Shown: in pieces, positions 47,345-50,297 of the stretch
How the letters are laid out: the number at the start of each line of letters is the position of its first letter
Position numbering within the stretch: the first letter of the stretch is position 1
Origin: Macrostomum lignano
Taxonomy: Eukaryota
Direction: 5' to 3'
Assembly (NCBI GenBank): GCA_002269645.1
Contig: NIVC01003455.1
Location: forward strand, 1-50,297
Length of the DNA stretch: 50,297 nucleotides
The notes under the pieces: generated by a model
The model's database searches: none
Told to the model about the DNA's origin: nothing
The model's input: the letters and a program-made list of their open reading frames with translations, nothing else
Program-made: the position numbers and the translations under genes

Positions 47345-49105
47345 ATTGGCTTTCTGGGGTTCTTCAGTAGCTATCTTTTGGGGTTCTTCAGTAGCTATCT
47401 TTTGGGGTTCTTCAGTAGCTATCTTTTGGGGTTCTTCAGTAGCTACCTTCTGGGGTTCTTCAGTAGCTATATTTTGGGGTTCTTCAGTAGCTACCTTTTG
47501 GGGTTCTTCAGTAGCTATCTTTTGGGGTTCTTCAGTAGCTACCTTCTGGGGTTCTTCAGTAGCTACCTTTTGGGGTTCTTCAGTAGCTACTTTCGGGGTT
47601 CTTCAGTAGCTATCTTTTGGGGTTCTTCAGTAGCTACCTTCTGGGTTCTTCAGTAGCTATATTTTGGGTTCTTCAGTAGCTACCTTTTGGGTTCTTCAGT
47701 AGCTATCTTTTGGGGTTCTTCAGTAGCTATCTTTTGGGTTCTTCAGTAGCTATCTTTTGGGGTTCTTCAGTAGCTATCTTTTGGGGTTCTTCAGTAGCTA
47801 TCTTTTGGGGTTCTTCAGTAGCTATCTTTTGGGGTTCTTCAGTAGCTACCTTTTGGGGTTCTTCAGTAGCTACCTTTTGGGGTTCTTCAGTAGCTATCTT
47901 TTTGGGTTCTTCAGTAGCTATCTTTTGGGGTTCTTCAGTAGCTACCTTTTGGGGTTCTTCAGTAGCTACCTTCTGGGGTTCTTCAGTAGCTACCTTTTGG
48001 GGTTCTTCAGTAGCTACCTTTTGGGGTTCTTCAGTAGCTACCTTTTTGGGTTCTTCAGTAGCTACCTTTTGGGTTCTTCAGTAGCTATCTTTTGGGGTTC
48101 TTCAGTAGCTACCTTCTGGGTTCTTCAGTAGCTACCTTTTGGGGTTCTTCAGTAGCTACCTTTTGGGTTCTTCAGTAGCTACCTTTTGGGGTTCTTCAGT
48201 AGCTACCTTTTGGGGTTCTTCAGTAGCTACCGTCTGGGTTCTTCAGTAGCTACCTTCTGGGTTCTTCAGTAGCTACCTTTGGGGTTCTTCAGTAGCTACC
48301 TTTTGGGGTTCTTCAGTAGCTACCTTCTGGGGTTCTTCAGTAGCTACCTTTTGGGGTTCTTCTGTAGCTACCTTCTGGGGTTCTTCAGTAGCTACCTTTT
48401 GGGTTCTTCAGTAGCTACCTTTTGGGGTTCTTCAGTAGCTACCTTTTGGGTTCTTCAGTAGCTACCTTTTGGGGTTCTTCAGTAGCTATCTTTTGGGGTT
48501 CTTCAGTAGCTACCTTCTGGGGTTCTTCAGTAGCTACCTTTTGGGGTTCTTCAGTAGCTACCTTTTGGGGTTCTTCAGTAGCTAGCTTTTGGGGTTCTTC
48601 AGTAGCTATCTTTTGGGGTTCTTCTGTAGCTACCTTTTGGGGTTCTTCAGTAGCTACCTTCTGGGGTTCTTCAGTAGCTACCTTTTGGGGTTCTTCAGTA
48701 GCTATCTTTTGGGGTTCTTCAGTAGCTACCTTTTGGGGTTCTTCAGTAGCTACCTTTTGGGGTTCTTCAGTAGCTACCTTCTGGGGTTCTTCAGTAGCTA
48801 CCTTCTAGTTCTTCAGTAGCTACCTTCTGGGGTTCTTCAGTAGCTACCTTCTAGTTCTTCAGTAGCTACCTTCTGGGGTTCTTCAGTAGCTACCTTCTAG
48901 TTCTTCAGTAGCTACCTTCTGGGTTCTTCAGTAGCTACCTTCTAGTTCTTCAGTAGCTACCTTCTGGGGTTCTTCAGTAGCTACCTTCTAGTTCTTCAGT
49001 AGCTACCTTCTGGGGTTCTTCAGTAGCTACCTTCTAGTTCTTCAGTAGCTACCTTCTAGTTCTTCAGTAGCTACCGTCTGGGGTCCTACAGTAGCTACCC
49101 TCAGG
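47345..49105. repeat. 24-bp minisatellite (GGGGTTCTTCAGTAGCTACCTTTT and shorter variants), ~75 copies, DOCK intron
   Basis: Tandem units; 8-aa periodic ORFs. Confidence 0.97.
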
Positions 49106-49197
49106 AGTCCTTCAGTGGCTGCGTCAGTCAGTACAATTCGATTTCAGTACGCACTAATTGCCCATGCTCCTAACTCCCGCAATTTCGTTAATCCCAG

Positions 49198-49784
49198 GTG
49201 GCCTGCGCCAGTTTCGAATACCGCGGTCGCCAGCCAAACAGCCGACAATCGAACGGCAGCAGCCTGCTGATGCAGCAGCGCAGCGCTCAGGTCAAGCTGA
49301 AACTTGAAGAGAAATTCCTTGGGAGCGCCGGCGACTCTGCCGATGCCGCCCGCACCAGCAGCAGCCGCCGCCGCCGCCTCCGCGGGAAGCGGCAGCAACC
49401 GACGCAAGAGCATCGGCTCCATCCTGACCATGCCGCACAGCCAGTCAGAGAACGCCCTGGCTGCCGCCGCGCCAACAACAATGCCTCGCTAGCAATGGCT
49501 GGCCAACAGAGTGCCGCTGCTTCGGCTAACAGCAGCAGCTCGAATCGGCTGCGACTCGCTGCTGCTCGTAAGGAAGCCGCCGCCACCATTGCCGCCGCCA
49601 ATTCGTCTGTACCGCCTCCGCCGCCTTTGATCTCGCCGCCGCCGCCTCCGCGCCAACTTTGCCAGTTAATGCGCAGTTGAATTCGGCTAGATTACACTAC
49701 GATCCTGTGCTGGAGGGCAATCTGTCATTAGAAGTGACTTTGACAGCTTTGGATACCGCTGAGCTGATTATGACTACGTTTCAG
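49198..49784 (+). CDS. DOCK-C GEF, last exon(s) in window; needs a frame change or a 98-nt intron; gene continues past the window
   Basis: VACASFEYRG...KLKLEEKFLGS in one frame and DPVLEGNLSLEVTLTALDTAELI in another (from 49701). Donor CAG|GTGAGA at 49785. Confidence 0.8.
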
Positions 49785-50031
49785 GTGAGAATCTGCTTTT
49801 TGAAGGTGGTGTACATCCTTGACGATTAGAAAGTCAAAAAGGCCGCTGCACGCCAGTAAGTGGCGTTAATTGCTGAGCTCTGTACTAACCGCGGCCGACT
49901 CAGCTTAAATTGCATTATTATAGTATCTATAGTAAAATTAAACATACTAGTAGAATAACTAAATGGGCCACCCAGGCACAATACTCAGTAAAACAGCTTT
50001 CTACGAGTATAAGAATAAAGGCAGCTGAGAT

Positions 50032-50297
50032 GACTGATAAATTTGAAAGCCCAAGCTTGCAGGCGTTAACAACTTGCTAGATAATTGGTTCAGCAATAAT
50101 GCACATTGGCCAGTCCCACTGAAATGTACATAGCAGCTTTAGGCTGGAATTCGATAAAGGCAATATAAATTAGGGCGCGGGCGGGACTTGATAAGTTTAG
50201 AAGCCCAAGCTTGCAGGCGTAAACAACTTGCTAGATAATTGGTTTCAGCAATAATGTACATTGGCCAGTCCCACTGAATGTACATGCAGCTTTAGGC
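50032..50297. repeat. ~154-bp tandem duplication running off the window end
   Basis: AAGCCCAAGCTTGCAGGCGT at 50047 and 50201 with matching downstream sequence. Confidence 0.85.

Noticed and set aside
1-50297. rRNA, snRNA, spliced-leader RNA genes or hammerhead ribozymes
   Set aside because: No recognisable conserved cores seen by eye; an Infernal/Rfam scan would be needed to exclude them formally.

Overview
Eukaryotic (metazoan) genomic DNA with spliced genes. The poly-Ala/Gly/Gln coding style and minisatellite-filled introns suggest a free-living flatworm such as Macrostomum (inference, not verified). Five protein-coding loci, all on the + strand, were reconstructed by hand from GT-AG junctions and reading-frame continuity: (1) PIAS-like SUMO E3 ligase A (5' end outside the window, three apparent 1-bp frameshifts); (2) tandem paralog PIAS-like B, whose first coding exon encodes two C2H2/BED-like zinc fingers where a SAP domain is expected; (3) a 5-exon F-box/LRR gene; (4) a single-RRM RBM4/lark-like gene; (5) the 5' half of a DOCK6/7/8-type GEF (DHR-1 present, DHR-2 beyond the window). 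Between them lie a decayed BEL/Pao gag, a 1.1 kb LTR mini-element with CpG-decayed LTRs, three TIR MITEs with target-site duplications, and a tRNA-derived SINE inserted in a telomere-like repeat. About 20 tandem arrays are present, and most long ORFs in the supplied track are artefacts of them. The most interesting signals are the ZnF-PIAS fusion and a 28-bp minisatellite in inverted orientation on the two sides of F-box exon 3. All assignments rest on recalled family motifs; no database search was run.
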